A DNA stretch of 62,139 nt, filler included, from Sphacelaria rigidula (GCA_964200075.2; 6 parts of 6 records of this genome joined end to end with filler, not necessarily neighbours in it), one strand, 5' to 3'; positions 11,844 through 25,624 are shown, counted from the first letter of the whole stretch. Notes: generated from the sequence alone by a model not told the origin. Program-made: numbers and translations.

Positions 11844-14475
11844 CTGCGAATGACAACAGCAACAGCAAGAACAAGAACAACAAGAACAACAGCAACAGCG
11901 AGGCACAAGGTCGTGAAATAGGTCCGTTAAGGCAACCTTCGCATCCCCCTCCTTCGAGATGCGACACGACTCATGACCGGAGGATAGCGACGCAAGCTGC
12001 GCTTATTATAATCTTGTACTCCTCGATGGTGTATATACCCAGCTATCACGTGAAGACGGGTAATCCTCACCCATGTTAACTAATACACACAAACGGACAC
12101 ATACAGTTAAACCCTTGGCCTGCGGAGAAGTCATTTTCCAGTGAACTCATGTATTACTAGAGCTCGGAACTGGTACCAGTTATAACTGGCCATTATCATT
12201 ATAATGGTAACAATGGTATAGTTACATGAAAACTTTGCTCTTCTTCAACGTTTGCGCACGAAAAGGAAGCCTTGGCTGGTTTCGACTTCTCGAAATGACG
12301 TGCTATTCTCCCTCAGCCGGTTCCGAGGCACATCTATTTCGTCCAGTGGCTGCAGTAGTATTCTCTTTTGGTCGGACTTGCAGTCTCTTGGACAAGCGCT
12401 CAAAGATCAGGGGGGGAAGAAAAAAAAAGGATTTTTCCACACGTCTGACTGCTCGTGAGCTATTTCGTATTAGAAGAAGCGGCCTTACTGTACTGTAATA
12501 ATGTTGGTGAGGGAAAATAAATAAAAAAACATCGCGTTTTGAAGGGTAAAATGCGGTTTACAATGAACGTTCAGTCTATTTTCGTTCTCCGCCACAACAG
12601 CAGCAGCAAATAACAACAACAACAACAACAACAACAACAATTAGACAAAATGTACGACGATCAGAACTCACAGGATATGGTGGCAGAAAACTCGTCCTCG
12701 ATCACGAGCTGCTCCTGACTGGACACCTGGACATACGTCAACGAGCCGAACTCAATATCCGTCGCGTTAACGCCGAGCACATCCGCCGCCTCTTGCCGCT
12801 TCTCCTTCGAAGCCCGATAAAACCACACAAAATGAAACACGTCGTAGAGGAGGAGAGGAGGGGGGGGGGGGTGATTTCAGAGCAATTAACTGCGTTTTTT
12901 TTCTTCCCTTCCTTCCCCTTTCTTTCCACGGGACGATTCTATGGTTCCAAGGGATCAACTCATCTCTCCCCGGTACGTATACACCCCCTACTTTACTCTT
13001 CTATCGCGAATTCGATCGGCACTCCCGCACCGCGTCAACTCTCGCCGAACAAACCCAGTCACACAGACTATTTTTCGACGGCACTCCCATCCTCACACGT
13101 ACGAAGACGGAAATCGTATGTCCCGACGAAAAAGGTCAGAACTGACCTATTTGGCCGGAGTTGGACCCACACCCTTACCAGCTTAGTGGCGTAGGCTGTA
13201 CGATCTGACCACCGTTTTGCGGTGGCTTCACTGCGACGTGCTCGAATGTCACTACAAACTCTGACTACTGGGAAATATGACATCGACGGCACCATCTCTA
13301 CTGTAGCAACGAGGGGGTCACTTCGGACAAGTTTATTTTTTCTTCTTACCATCGTATCCGCCCATTTATTCAGACCCAAGAAATCCGAAAATATGACCAA
13401 GCACGGATAGCCTGGGGTATTTCCTGCAGTAGCAAGTAACCGCTTTCAAAACTCAACACATCAGCTGGTGCATTAGCATTCATGGACCTCATCGAAAGGA
13501 ACTACCTCGCGGCCACTTTGCGTTCAAAGGGTCGACCATTTGAAAGCCCGCCGCGCGGGTGCAGCTCCTGACAGTTCTCTGGAGGACGTCGATATTCTGG
13601 ACGAGGAAGACCCTAGCCGCACTCTCGCGTGCGAAAACGATTATGCGTATCTTCTTTTTCGACCAAAAGGATCGCGGCAACCTCCATACGCTATTGCCAT
13701 CCTCCGAAAAACTGGCAGAACTCATAATCGCGGTAAGCCGGGCCGGGTGACCCTAGAAGTGTCAAAGTCATGTACGATCACGTCGAGAAAGAACATCCCG
13801 TAACCTACTGCTCTTCCCCGAGTACGAGGAGGCATGTCATCGCCACTATAAGAAGGATGCCGTATACACCTTGGACGCAAAAACAGACAACGCACGAAGC
13901 AATTGTACCGTCATTGGCAAAAAACACGACAGCGCACGCTACCACCAAAATTTGAGATACATTGAAGTGCCTCGCCAAGAGACAATAGGCGACACAAATG
14001 GGACAAGGAAGCTTTGCAAATGCTACGTAAGGCAATCGTTCGTTGTCGCGATACGAATCCGTCCACATGCGTCTAGTTTTATGCAAACGGACAAAAAAAG
14101 AGTTCCTCGCACAGTAGCGGGGAGTAAAACTGGGTTTGAAAAGGCGTTTCTGGTGGGGATGACGAGGGAGGCGGATATGTATTTGAGGTACTCTCAAGAG
14201 AACCGGTTCGAATGCGTGCGTGTGTGTTTTAAGCTAACAAAAATAAATCACATGAGACTATATACACTGCTTAGTGGTACTTTTCCCGTGCATACAGTAG
14301 GATAGTATCCACATTTACATTTTCTACGCAATATATATATCAAATCAAGGACTGTTTCCGTCGATTTGCCTTGGGTGTCCATCTTGCGATCTCGAATGAA
14401 TTTGTAGCATATAACTAAAAAACACGCGAAAAATAAACATCTGTATTTGTCTTAATCTCTCCCTCCCTCGCCTAC

Positions 14476-14691
14476 CTCATCCGCTATGTTGTTGAACATC
14501 GCCACCGCTCGCTGAGAACCACTCAAAGCGTCCGTACCGTTGCTGCTCTCTGACGGCACTTGCCACTCGACATTCTCGACATCCGTCAGCAGTCGACGAC
14601 GCCGACTGCTTAGTTGAGAGGAAGTAGTGGTGCCGCTGACAATCACTATTGATCCGGGTCCGCCCTCACAGTCTGTTGCCGCGCATACCGC
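14476..14691 (-). CDS. Internal exon, probably of the same membrane protein; contains an RRRRLL motif
   Basis: ctcactcag acceptor and GAG|gtaggc donor. 216 nt, phase 0/0, encoding AVCAATDCEGGPG...SSRRRRLLTDVENVEW...NIADE. Confidence 0.7.
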
Positions 14692-14825
14692 CTGAGTGAG
14701 GAAAGGATAAACAAATACACGTACGTACAAACATGCTCATGAATTAAAATAAGGGCGCACCCGTGGCACGAGTGGGGACTTTTATCCGCGATCACCCCAA
14801 TATTCTCAACACGGGGAGGGGGGAG

Positions 14826-15130
14826 GGGGGGTACTCATGATCTTGCATGCCGTAGTCGTTCAAGACCATCGACCTCGCATCCCTACTGTACAAAGCCGGA
14901 ACGGAGCACGCCGGGGTTTCGCCGGACCAGACTCGCAATCACCAAGCGCGAAGCGCCGTGATGTCTACGGCGAGTCGCATGAATGGTGAGCAGCATCCTG
15001 CTAAGATTGTTCGGCGCGTACTGATCATCTTGCATTTGGATGACAGCCTCCAATGAGTCACTTGATTGTCTGGTATTGCCACTTCCAGAGATAGCCACGG
15101 GTTACACACTGCCTCATGCGTGTCCCCCAT
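14826..15130 (-). repeat. Family R copy
   Basis: ggggggtactcatgatcttgcatgcc...gacctcgcatccct...caagcgcgaagcgccgtg... Confidence 0.85.
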
Positions 15131-15607
15131 GGGGACAGGGAGGGTAACATGGTATTACATGTGATTTAATGCCTGTCCTTTTGGAACAAGACACAATCAC
15201 AAAACAATGAATGTTTACGCGAGCACCACGGTGAAACTGATCAAATATTTCACGTGAATACAACAATAACCCGCGCCTGAGAGATTTTATTCCGGCTTGA
15301 AAATAGAGGCTGGACAATATTATCCAAACGAAGGGGAGGGGGGTAAGTGGAACATGACATAGGGAAATAGCCTTGCTTATTGATTCTACTTAGGGGAAGC
15401 AATGAATCTCGAGCCACGCACGACACTCTTCGTATTCAGACACCTCTGGCTCAGCTGAAACAGTCTGGTGGGGTGCGCAGGACCACCGTCAGAGCTTGGA
15501 ATTCCTGCATGGCAGCACCGTCGGTGGAGACGTGCATATATCGTTGCCCAGTCGAGTCAACCATGCGCATCTAACATCGTTCTGCCATAACCCCAGATGA
15601 ATTTATG

Positions 15608-15985
15608 CATATGTGTATGTGTTGTGTGTGCTATCATATCATCTATTCTGGACGCAATAATAGTTTACATCTTTCGGTATATGTGGGCACATCAGCCGGA
15701 GTCACACAGGAGGAAGGTCAACACAGGAGCTCGTTTTTCTTCTCAATACCCCACCTTCCTCTTGCGGTGCTGGTCTTATTTTTCATCGCGAGAGGAATTC
15801 AGTGGTCCCTTGCCCTTGTCGAACGTGAAGTCGTTGTGTACCCACGACATTCGTAGTCGCTCTCCACTTTGGGCATTGTGTGAGAAAAAAATCCCAGATC
15901 GTGTGACTACACCGAGATTGGAAGCCACGAGACCCAGCCGTCAGAAGGTTTCGAGGTTACTAACTGAGCCGTCGTGGCGACCGGC
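15608..15985 (-). mobile_element. tRNA-derived SINE (family 1), near full length
   Basis: Minus-strand head gccggtcgccacgacggctcagttagtaacc... with A-box-like and degenerate B-box motifs. Body shared with 23111-23440. CA-rich tail. Confidence 0.85.
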
Positions 15986-16094
15986 AATGCGGACTATGGA
16001 AGCGCGGCAACCAGTGGTACGACTCAAGATGTCGATCGAAGCACTTGACCGTGGTAACCAGCAGCAGCAGCGGCAGCAATACCAGTACCAGCCG

Positions 16095-16124
16095 TGGTAG
16101 TAACAGTAGTATTTAGTGGTGGTG

Positions 16125-16182
<58 letters not shown>

Positions 16183-16190
16183 AAGTAGTG
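16095..16190. repeat. (GTG)n(GTA)n microsatellite
   Basis: Direct observation. Confidence 0.95.
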
Positions 16191-17354
16191 CGGCTCAAGA
16201 CATCAGTCGAGACTAGGGAGAATACATCACCTGCCCCAATCTGCAGATCGCAGACAAGGCATACTCCAGGTACCAGGGACGTTCAACACGACAGGGAATT
16301 AACTATGTCATTGCTGAGTAGGGTACATGACATAGCCGCAGAAAAGTAGCCATCACGATAATGATTATGGCCATGATTTATGACTACGATCGTGATTATT
16401 TCCGCACATATTAGGCCCATCTTCGAACCCGTGGTCACAAGACCGTAGCACGAGTCATCTTCCAAGGACCATTGCGGTATGCTCAGGAGTGATGCTGCGA
16501 TAGCCCCTCCCCCCCCCCCAAAAAAAAAAAAGTGACCGGTTTGAAGAGGAAACATCAACCCTGGATCAGAATAAAGAAAGGCTGCGCACCCCAAGCAGCT
16601 GGAAGCTCGCATGTTTGGGGTCGTTTTCGCTAATGGCGCATACATAGATGATGCGCTTCATGCAGTTTGAAATCAGCTATCATGCGCTGTGTAGCCATGT
16701 CCTTCGTGACAGTTTTGGAGCTGGTTTGGGGGAGGGGGGCCATCGCGGCATCACTTTCACGATTCGAGCAATCATAGACCCATGTATGGGTGACTGAGAT
16801 CAACAAATTCATGACACAAAAGAAGTTGGGGGGATGGCTGTGGGTTCATCTTCACTAACCCCTCCCTCACGAGATTGCGATTTGAGCTCTGCTTCGTTGT
16901 ACTACTCTCGCACGGCGCCCACCCCTTGTCCTGTGAAGATTGGAGAGAAGGAATAAAAAAAGAGGTGAAATAGAACATATCAGAAGGGAGAGAAAGCGGG
17001 CGGCGCTAAGATAGGTCGAGCCTTCGTCTGTTTTGTCCATTTGACAGATGAAAATATACTTTATACTGCAACAGTAACAGTTACTGTTCTCGGTGCCAAG
17101 CAAAACCGTTGAGAGTTGTCATCATTTAACCGGTTTTCATTATTATGTGATTACTTTCGATGTTATTATAGTAGTAGGGTGTGCGTGTCTTTGCGCAAAC
17201 AACAAAATAAATAATAAAACGAAATCGTAATGGTAACCGTAATCAAATTCGAGTTTGATTTCCGGTGTACACTTGGTTCCGACCCTGGTGGCAAAAATGC
17301 TCCACAGACAAAAGAAATTTAGACGCATGAAATAGCACAGACGCTCAGGGCGTG

Positions 17355-17545
17355 TCATGAAACATGATTTTCGATTGAAAATGCGCGATGGAAAAGGAAA
17401 ACTCCGATCTGATACGTCGCGATTCAGCCATCGTCTTTTATGCCGACGATAGTTGAAGCGTTGACATCACGACCTATCTATTGGATGAGATTTTTTTGTT
17501 TCCCGCCACACTTTTTCGATCGGAAAATGATTTGTCAAGACACGG
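17355..17545. mobile_element. Hairpin/foldback MITE family H
   Basis: tttcgat.gaaaa.gtgcg.tggaaaa...ccgatctgata plus an inverted arm. Shared with 18645-18835 and 51240-51577. Confidence 0.7.
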
Positions 17546-18644
17546 CCCTCACAAACCATCATAGCCGATCCAAGAGGTTTAAAAACACTGATCATTGTAG
17601 TTGCACCGCACCCTCCGAACAGTTTGATTATTGCCCGCACGATCGCTCCCGCTGACCGCTGACGCATGGCCCGTTTGTTCTGGCGTCGATCCGATGAGGA
17701 ATGACGATGCAATGTGACCGTTTTCGGGAAAACCAGACGACAGTACACAGTATCAATGGTATCAAAACTGCTCATTTTAATGGTGCGTGAAGTTCACACA
17801 AATGTTCCAAGATTATTGCGTTCGGTAAGGCACGAGTAATGTTCGGTAGGGTATTGGATTTATTCCAGAACTTACAGAACCCGTCAGGTACGGTATGTAC
17901 AAAGGTTGCAAATAAACCCTCATCTACAAACGGATGTTTCTACAAGGGTATCCTCGTACTCCGGATAACAAGGGTTGACATTTCGTACACATGCAGAAAT
18001 CTGTCGGGTACCGGTATGGGAGATTTGAAATAACAAATAACTGAAAGAATTTTCAGGTGCGAAAAACCGGGAAAGTGCGCCAAGTAGAAACTTCTTGGAA
18101 AGCGTAATAAATCTGCCAGAGGAGGCCCAATCCGCCGGGCCTGAAACACGAGTAAATACCCCGGGTATACAAGAAAAATTGTACCCTATGAAACGCAAGG
18201 TTGCAAAACGTTGGTGCTGTAGGCGTCCTTGATGCCCGTCCAACGCGAAAACAAACGGAGGCATCCGATCGAAGCACCTTGTATCCTGGTGGAGTCAGGC
18301 GAGGATACAACACGCGTAAGTGTGAGCGCGCGTTCTACTACAACTGTACGCTGACTCATAGTTGTACTGTGGATATCTGACGTATACGGGATTCGATGCT
18401 GCATGTCCTGAACTGTTTGTTTGGGCACAGCACGCAGGTTTTTTTTCATCTCGAAAGCTGCGAAACCTTTTGGCACGCTCTGACGTCCAGGCAAACCTTG
18501 CACTGATATGCAGGCAAGATCGTTGTTCTTCCTTCTCTTCAAAGCCTCCAGCCTCAAGGCCAATCACAGATATAAAAACATAACAATAATTTCAACCTCG
18601 ACCATCTCTTTTCTCGATCACCAGAGTGTGTTTCAGGGCCTGTC

Positions 18645-18835
18645 TCTTAGCACTTTTTTTTTCGATCGAAAATGTGCGATGGAAAACAAAAATCCCGATC
18701 TGATGATAGGCTGTGATCTCAACCATCCCCAAAATTTTCGACGATGGTTGAAATTACTTCAAAATACGGCCTATCATCAGATCGGGATTTTTTTTTTCCA
18801 CCGCACATTTTCGATAGAAAAAAAAAGTGCTAATA
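18645..18835. mobile_element. Hairpin/foldback MITE family H
   Basis: About 85-bp arms: ttagcactttttttcgatcgaaaatgtgcgatggaaa...cccgatctgatgataggc and gcctatcatcagatcggg...ccaccgcacattttcgatagaaaaaaaagtgctaa. Confidence 0.8.
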
Positions 18836-18987
18836 AGACACACCCTCACACGAGCATTTTGTTCTTCAGATAAAAATGAGTGCGCCCGAAATTGAAAATC
18901 CCGATCTGATCTTATCAAATCGGGATACTTCTGCGTCCGCCACACTTTTTTCGACGATCGATATTAATTTGCCAAGAAACGGCCCAA

Positions 18988-19329
18988 GGCCGCTTCTTAT
19001 TACAGCAAACACATTTTGTATAATGCTTTTTTGGTCATTCTCCGTCGTTGAACGCCCTGAAAGAGAGCTAGAGGGAATTCAGCACATTGGAATGTAATGT
19101 CATTTTTTTGGGGGCTTGACGGTCTCTGGACAAAAATGCTTGGATTAGCCAAAATAAAAACCACCGCCACCGGAAAATGTGAATATGTCCTGGAACCGCC
19201 TCAGCTTGCAGAGCCGGTCAGTCTGAAGTGTCGAACTCGGCCTGGCTTATTTTTAGGGCGTGTAAAATGACAAAGAAGGACCAAAATAGCATTTTTGCAG
19301 GACTTTTTTGTTTGCGATGGGGAGCGGCC
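18988..19329. mobile_element. PIF/Harbinger (Tourist)-like MITE, family P
   Basis: TIR ggccgcttc and gagcggcc followed by TTA. Related to 52266-52745. Confidence 0.65.
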
Positions 19330-19654
19330 TTATTTTATTTAGACCTTTGTCGTATTTACTCGCAGGGTCTGTGAAAACCATGATGATGCACAGGTATGAA
19401 AAACGCGCTGTATTTCCATTTTTTTCTTCCTCTAGCGGGCGTTTCCGTTCCATTGTGTTGCGACCACGGGTGGACCCATCGGGGATCAGAGAATGCGCGA
19501 CAAAAACCAAAAACAGGTGATCTTTCTTGGAAGAGATGGGGAATGCGTTCCAGACAAAAAAAACGTCTCCTGTGGGGCTTTGCAAAGCTCTCTCCGCAGG
19601 AGATAAACAACAGAGACATTTTTTTTTTTCCGAAGCGAAATTTTGATCTAATGG

Positions 19655-20147
19655 GGTCGCTCCTCATTGTTGCAGACATTTATTAGAAATCTGGAAAAGT
19701 GCCTTTTTGGAGCTTCCATAATACGTCGTTTTACGACGTAAGAGAAAGCCAGGCGGATTTTGACATCTTGGAATACCTTGCTGCACTCGTTGAGACGGTT
19801 CCAGCACACCTGTGCGTTTTTCCGTTGGCCACTGTTTTCTGTCGCCTAAACTTGCATTTTTCTCGGAGATCGGTCATTTTTCTCTCGGGAACCAGTCAAG
19901 TCCGAGATATTAGTCTGAAGTTGACTAGTTTCCGAGAAAAATGGCCGGTCTCCGAGAAAAACTGCAAATGCTGGCAAAAAAGAACTGCGACCACCCGAAA
20001 AACGCACAGGTGTGCTGGAATCGTCTCAACAAGTACAGCAGGGCATTCCAAGGTGTCAAAATTCGACTGGCTTTCTCTTAGATCGTAAAAGCTTTAGAAA
20101 GACATTATTTTTCCATATTTTCGATTTTGTCTGCCATGAGGAACAGC
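19655..20147. mobile_element. Long palindromic MITE, family P
   Basis: About 200-bp inverted arms around ~19915. Homologous to 52266-52745. Confidence 0.8.
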
Positions 20148-20649
20148 GTAGCAGGAAATGCTGACATTTCTTCTTTTTTGTTTCTTCATATGTTCGTGCA
20201 TACTCATGTATTCTCATATGGGGCACGTTTTTCTTCCCTACCACGGTATTACCTGTACGCCCCGAACGCGGAGCGTGGCGGTGGCGACAGGGGACGACCC
20301 AGAAACGGACTCGATGGAGAAGCGACGGGAAGGTGGGAGGGAGGGAGGGGGGGGAGGGGGGGGGGGGGGGGTCCGTTCTGACGGTAGAACAACGACTGGC
20401 CAGCCTTTATCGCACTCCCGTCTAGTACTGTACGCGGCAACCGGGTTGTGAGCCGAGCATGAACGTATATTATTATTTTTTCTTCTCCCTTTTTTTCGTC
20501 ACGAGACTTTCAACCGCTTCGCTTCCTCGGGACGACTCCGTAGTATATATAGTCTCTAAAGAAGCCCCCTCCCCCCCCCACCCCCCCCCCCCCCCCCCCC
20601 CCCACCCCCCCACCCGCACCCCCCCGCACCGCCCCCCCCCCCCCCTCCG

Positions 20650-20749
20650 NNNNNNNNNNNNNNNNNNNNNNNNNNNNNNNNNNNNNNNNNNNNTTAATTA
20701 ATTAANNNNNNNNNNNNNNNNNNNNNNNNNNNNNNNNNNNNNNNNNNNN
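20650..20749. other. Artificial contig linker
   Basis: Same N44-TTAATTAATTAA-N44 structure. The preceding contig ends in poly-C. Confidence 0.98.
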
Positions 20750-21447
20750 TGTTGGAACTGCAACTAACTGGGGGTCAAAATACAGATGAACCAAAAGTGA
20801 GGAGCAGCAGAGGACTACAGTAAGGGACAACTTGACAACGCGACAAAGCTATGAGAAAACGCGCGGGCTACTGAAAAAACCAAGCAAAACACGGCCAATT
20901 CGTCGTACGCCAGTGTGATATAGATGGGACGTGACCCAAGGTTCAACGCCTTCCTAACTATGATCAGTGTGCTGCAGGCTTGAGTAGGTACACAACGCAC
21001 CAGGTGTCCGAGTAAAGCAAGCCGCAAATGCACACGTGCAGGTTTCCGTGATCGTTGGTCACAGTAGCAACAACAAAAGGAGCTCAAAGGCTTGATATCT
21101 TTTTAACTCTCACTGATTATCCCCGCGATGGCCCAGCACACTGTTCTCACCAGTGGTAAACAGTAGGAGCAGATGGTCCGGCTCAAAGGATGGCTCAAGA
21201 GTGAGCAAGGATGCATGGGTACATGCGACGCAACCTATCTAAATTCGGCCCGAGAAGGCGTTTGCCTCCTCGGGGTCAGGGCATTTCAGCCTGCACACTA
21301 ATCTTCCCTAGAGTACAGCCTGTACATCCAGTTTTCCCAGAACTTCGGAAGCATTCCCATGGCTGGATCGAATGATCTGTGAGCCAACCTGCCCCAAAAC
21401 TGTCTGGAGGAACAAATAACGCCTCTCTATCTTCCTTCCTCATGACA
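20750..21447 (-). mobile_element. Diverged LTR (5' or solo, truncated by the contig start) of the element A family
   Basis: Homologous to 41498-42066 and 44461-44741. Same terminus ctctctatcttccttcctcatgaca. No adjacent PPT. Confidence 0.85.
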
Positions 21448-21910
21448 GTTGTTCGATAAAATTTCGTGTAGTGGACCGCTAGTGCATAATAATAAAATAA
21501 AATATAACGGCTTGCTACCTTTTCTCATTTTTTTTTCATTTTTTTTCGTGTTTTTAGTGGAGTTTTGAGGGAAAATGAACGTTGCTCTTAAGCCTTATCG
21601 CACTGTTGTAGCTCAATTTGTAGAATTGTGATTTGAAAATTAGCATGGGGAACCACAACAGTGTGCCGAAAAAAAATGGGCCTTCATTTTTTTTTTCTTC
21701 ATAATAGAGGTTCGGACGTTCTCGTGAAAAAGTGGTCCTGACCATAGTAAAACGCCCTGAACCAGTGAAAAAAATGAACCTGATCCACTTTTTTTGATAA
21801 TCATGCCTTAGAGAGCGCCCACACCAAATTTCAATACACGAAAACCAAAAGTGGGCCGGTGAGTGGCCTGCGAAATACTGTTCCGAATTTCTACCGACCC
21901 TGTTTTTGAT

Positions 21911-22177
21911 AGGCCCATGCTCGTTTATACATTTATAGTTGGACCCTGAAATTTGGTATGGACAGTGCATAGGGCATAAAAAAAAATACGTTGGTACCAA
22001 AAGTGTTTTTTTCAAGAGTCAAGGGCAATATTCGGTTTTCAGGTATCAGTAAAATGCCCCTAACTCATGAAGATGAAAAAAAAATTGGTACCGAAGTAAT
22101 TTTTTTTTCAACGCCCTATGCATTGTCCATACCAAATTTCAGGGCCCAACTCTAAATGTATAAAAGAGCATGGGCCT
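21911..22177. mobile_element. Palindromic MITE-like element
   Basis: About 90-bp inverted arms: aggcccatgctc...ccctgaaatttggtatggaca.tgcatagggc and its reverse complement. Confidence 0.8.
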
Positions 22178-22403
22178 GCAAACTTCAAATCCACCTCTAG
22201 GCTGGCCCAGCTCGTACTCCCAATCTCTCACGGAAACATTGTTGTACGTATCAGTTAGGCCTGTCCGAAAGTTTGCAACACAACTTATTTCCAAAGCAAC
22301 AGAGTTTTCGGGTCACGGGCAGACGATTTATGCTTGTGTACGAGTTAAACGCAAGGCAGACGATCTAACAGATGCGGTTTTGAAAAAAAAAAAACACCCA
22401 TCA

Positions 22404-22664
22404 GAGTCATGCTACGATAGAGGGGCGAATGTTTGATTCCACGAAAAGAATGGGCTCGAAGGTGTGCCAGACGATATCACACACTCGCGGTGCGCTTGTT
22501 TCCCTGGGTAAAAACGGTGTCAAGCAGTATGGTTGATGAGCGTTATTTTTCGGTAACAAGCCCGTTCGGATAACCGTTGCTACCTTCAACGACGATTTGC
22601 AATCGAACTTCGTGGAAAAAATGGCCCAAAATACCCCCCCCCCCCCCCTATCGTTGCATGGCTC
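22404..22664. mobile_element. MITE family G (TIR GAGTCAT.CTACGATAGGGGG)
   Basis: Imperfect ~21-bp TIRs. Body shared with 39697-39950. Confidence 0.75.
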
Positions 22665-23110
22665 AACAAAGGACGGTGCGCCCCGGGTTTCCAATGTATT
22701 TGAAGTACACTGCATGCCAGGGTACTACTCAAGGTATCGGCTGCCGAAAATACTCCATTCAGTGACTCGGCTGATATTTTGAGTTCTCCTCGAAGACCGC
22801 GAGTCGCACCCTGCAGCGGGGGTGTTGGAAATATCAGTTCATCTCACGAGTAGGTACCTCGACTACCCGTTGGATCACTACTGCCCTTCTGCAGAGAATA
22901 ACATATAAATACATAGAGCTCTATATGCGTTCCGCCACACAACAGCGTAGGGCTTTACAGGATTCCGGGAAGGGACAGGACGGGAATCTCACCCCCCCGA
23001 AGGTCACAGGACGGAACGGGACAATTATTCTCTGTCGCTAAACAGACGATGGCACGGGATTGTTCGATGTCGTTCCGGGCGATTCCCCGCGATTTTTTCT
23101 TTTCCCACGA

Positions 23111-23440
23111 TATGTAAGCGCATCAGCCGGAGTCACACAGAGAGGAGGAAGGGGCCAACACCGACAGTTTTTTTCCTCTTTATTTTGTTGCGGTACTCCA
23201 CCCTCCTTCTGCGGTGCTTGCCTTATTTTTTACCGCGAGAGGGATTACCGGCCCCTTTTTCCCTCGTCGACCGTGAACTCGAAAACATGCATACCCGCGA
23301 CATAGTCGCTCTCCACTGTACTGTGGGCATGGTGTGAGAAAAAAACCCCAGATCGTGCCTCGTTCTTGACCGAGATTCGAACCCACGACTCAACCGTCGC
23401 AAGGTTTCGAGGTTACCAACTGAGCCACCGTGGGACCGGC
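23111..23440 (-). mobile_element. tRNA-derived SINE (family 1)
   Basis: Minus-strand A box TGGCTCAGTTGG and B box GGTTCGAATC. Body matches 15680-15985. Confidence 0.9.
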
Positions 23441-25624
23441 TTCGTGAATGAACCTAGAAAATGTTCTCCAACATGGCCTGTTTTTATAATCCTTTGACCG
23501 CCGGGGTGGGTGACGTGTCACGTGGGTCTCGCTTCCATTTTTCAAGTAAAAAGCAACGCCTATAATAATTATTCAACAGATAAACTCACCCCTGTGGTCG
23601 AAGCAGGGTGCAAGAAATTAAGCCGAAAAATAGATACCGGTACAACCCAGGCTCTATGTCCAAGCGAAACTTACACTGTACGCGATACAGTATAATACAG
23701 CGTCTGCCTATTATTTTACCGGCAAATAGTATACTGTAATATAATGATGCTCTGAACAGAACATGCAATAGTTGACGCTTCCGGTCGGAAGGCTTCTCCC
23801 GGCGGTTCGCCGTACTCTCATGCTTGTTGCTGCTGCTGTACACAATGTGACATACTAATGGTGACGCTATTCACCACCATCTCCCTCGAGTGCATGACTA
23901 AAGTCGGTCAGCCTTCCAAGACCAGAAAATCATGAGATTATCAACGCGTGAAAAAAATTGAAATATGATCGAAAAGCAGTACATAGACATCTCGCGGACA
24001 GGAGACGGGAGAGAGGACCAGTATACTTTGAAGCAAGAAGCTATAAACTCGGAGGTGTAATACATGATGTAGTGGTTGACGGGACCCGCCACAGAAACTA
24101 GTAAACTCGCTGTGGTATTGGGAGCCCCAACGGACGTCGAAAATTACCCAAACTACTGTTGCTGTACTTGACCGCGGGCGGCATCAGTCTATATAAGACC
24201 AGAGACGGTGCACAACACACAGGTTCCCCTAGACGAACGACAACATGCGAGATCGGTCAAACCGTGATCCTACCTCTGTACCGTACTGTATTCCCATAGT
24301 GCAGGAGACTTGTGGCTCACGACAGCAGACAAATAGTACTCGCGTCGTAGTTGATATAGCAGCTCCTGCCGGGCCACAACCGGACAGAGGGCATTCGAAT
24401 TCTTTGTAGAGACCCTCATGCAGCCCGTCTGCACAATTGTAAAACACCACAATCGAACAAGGACTACGGCCCCACAACACCGAGGCATGCGGCTCCACAA
24501 CAGGGAGGCTTGCAACCCCCCAGCTCGGTATATACCACTGCAGTGTTCTGTAGTCAACATGTTAGATATCAGGGCCTCGGGCTATCACTACAGTACCCCT
24601 GTCATGAAGAAGTACGCCTTCAATATATGTATGCCGTCTGTAATGTTTTGACGTATTCAGAGTCCATCTCGCGACTCCATCGCGAGTTACATCGACATCA
24701 ACCCACGTCCTGAATTTCAACCCAGAGCCCTCACCCAACCCGAATTCCTGAACCGAAGTCACACAGCCACACGTCGCCCGTTATCCCATTCGGGCTCCTG
24801 AACACAGACAAACCTGGAGCTACTGACACCTCACGATCTTCAGGACGCCGTGTTTCGATTGACCAACGGTTTCAAATCTTGCGGTTCGATCTTGTATGCC
24901 AGTGGCAATATATGGAATGGTTGAACATTACCACCTTTCCCGTCCGTCAGCCCTAAAAATACGAGATCTTCAGAAGATTTTCATGTTTCTGCATACAAAA
25001 TATAGGATATACCCCGAAAGCCATATCTTTGTGGCTTTGGGATATATAGGGCTGCCACGATTGCGCGACATGTGTGAGTTTTAATGTTATCGCGCTTCCT
25101 CTTCGCCTTTTTACCCGAATCGAAGTCCCAAGAAATCTCACCCGTGCAGTACTCAAGTCCAATGTGTAACAAACATATCGTATAACATTGAAATATTTTT
25201 CTGGAACGAGGTGCATTCCAAGACAGATTCTAAGAACGTTCCTCCTTCTTCACTGTGGAAAGTTAACGCGCCTGCCACATGAGGCGGATCGCCCCTACGC
25301 GCTCAAACAACTTGATTTTATTGGATACCTCTCCCTATTTCGTCCTTCCGCCACTATCGCACCACCAGATATCACCCGATATCAGAACCCCGTCATGTCG
25401 AAATTTCTGAAAAAGAAATAATGAATTAGTTAACTAATCCGAAGGATATGTACATGCAATATAAGGGACATATTTTGCTCAGCGCACGAATCCCCCCACT
25501 GGTCATTCCTCCACACCCACTCTCTCCAGACTCAAGACGCCTTCAATTTTTCTGAACGGCAACGTCACAACAACCACCACCACTTCCACCAGCAATAACA
25601 GCAACAGAAGTTCAGGAAAGAAGT

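Noticed and set aside
23370-23440. tRNA gene
   Set aside because: Has A and B boxes but no complete cloverleaf, and is fused to a repeated body, so it is a SINE head.
24150-24560. Possible DIRS tyrosine-recombinase remnant (ALCPVV on the minus strand)
   Set aside because: No recognisable HSLR or GRW motifs downstream. Evidence is too thin.
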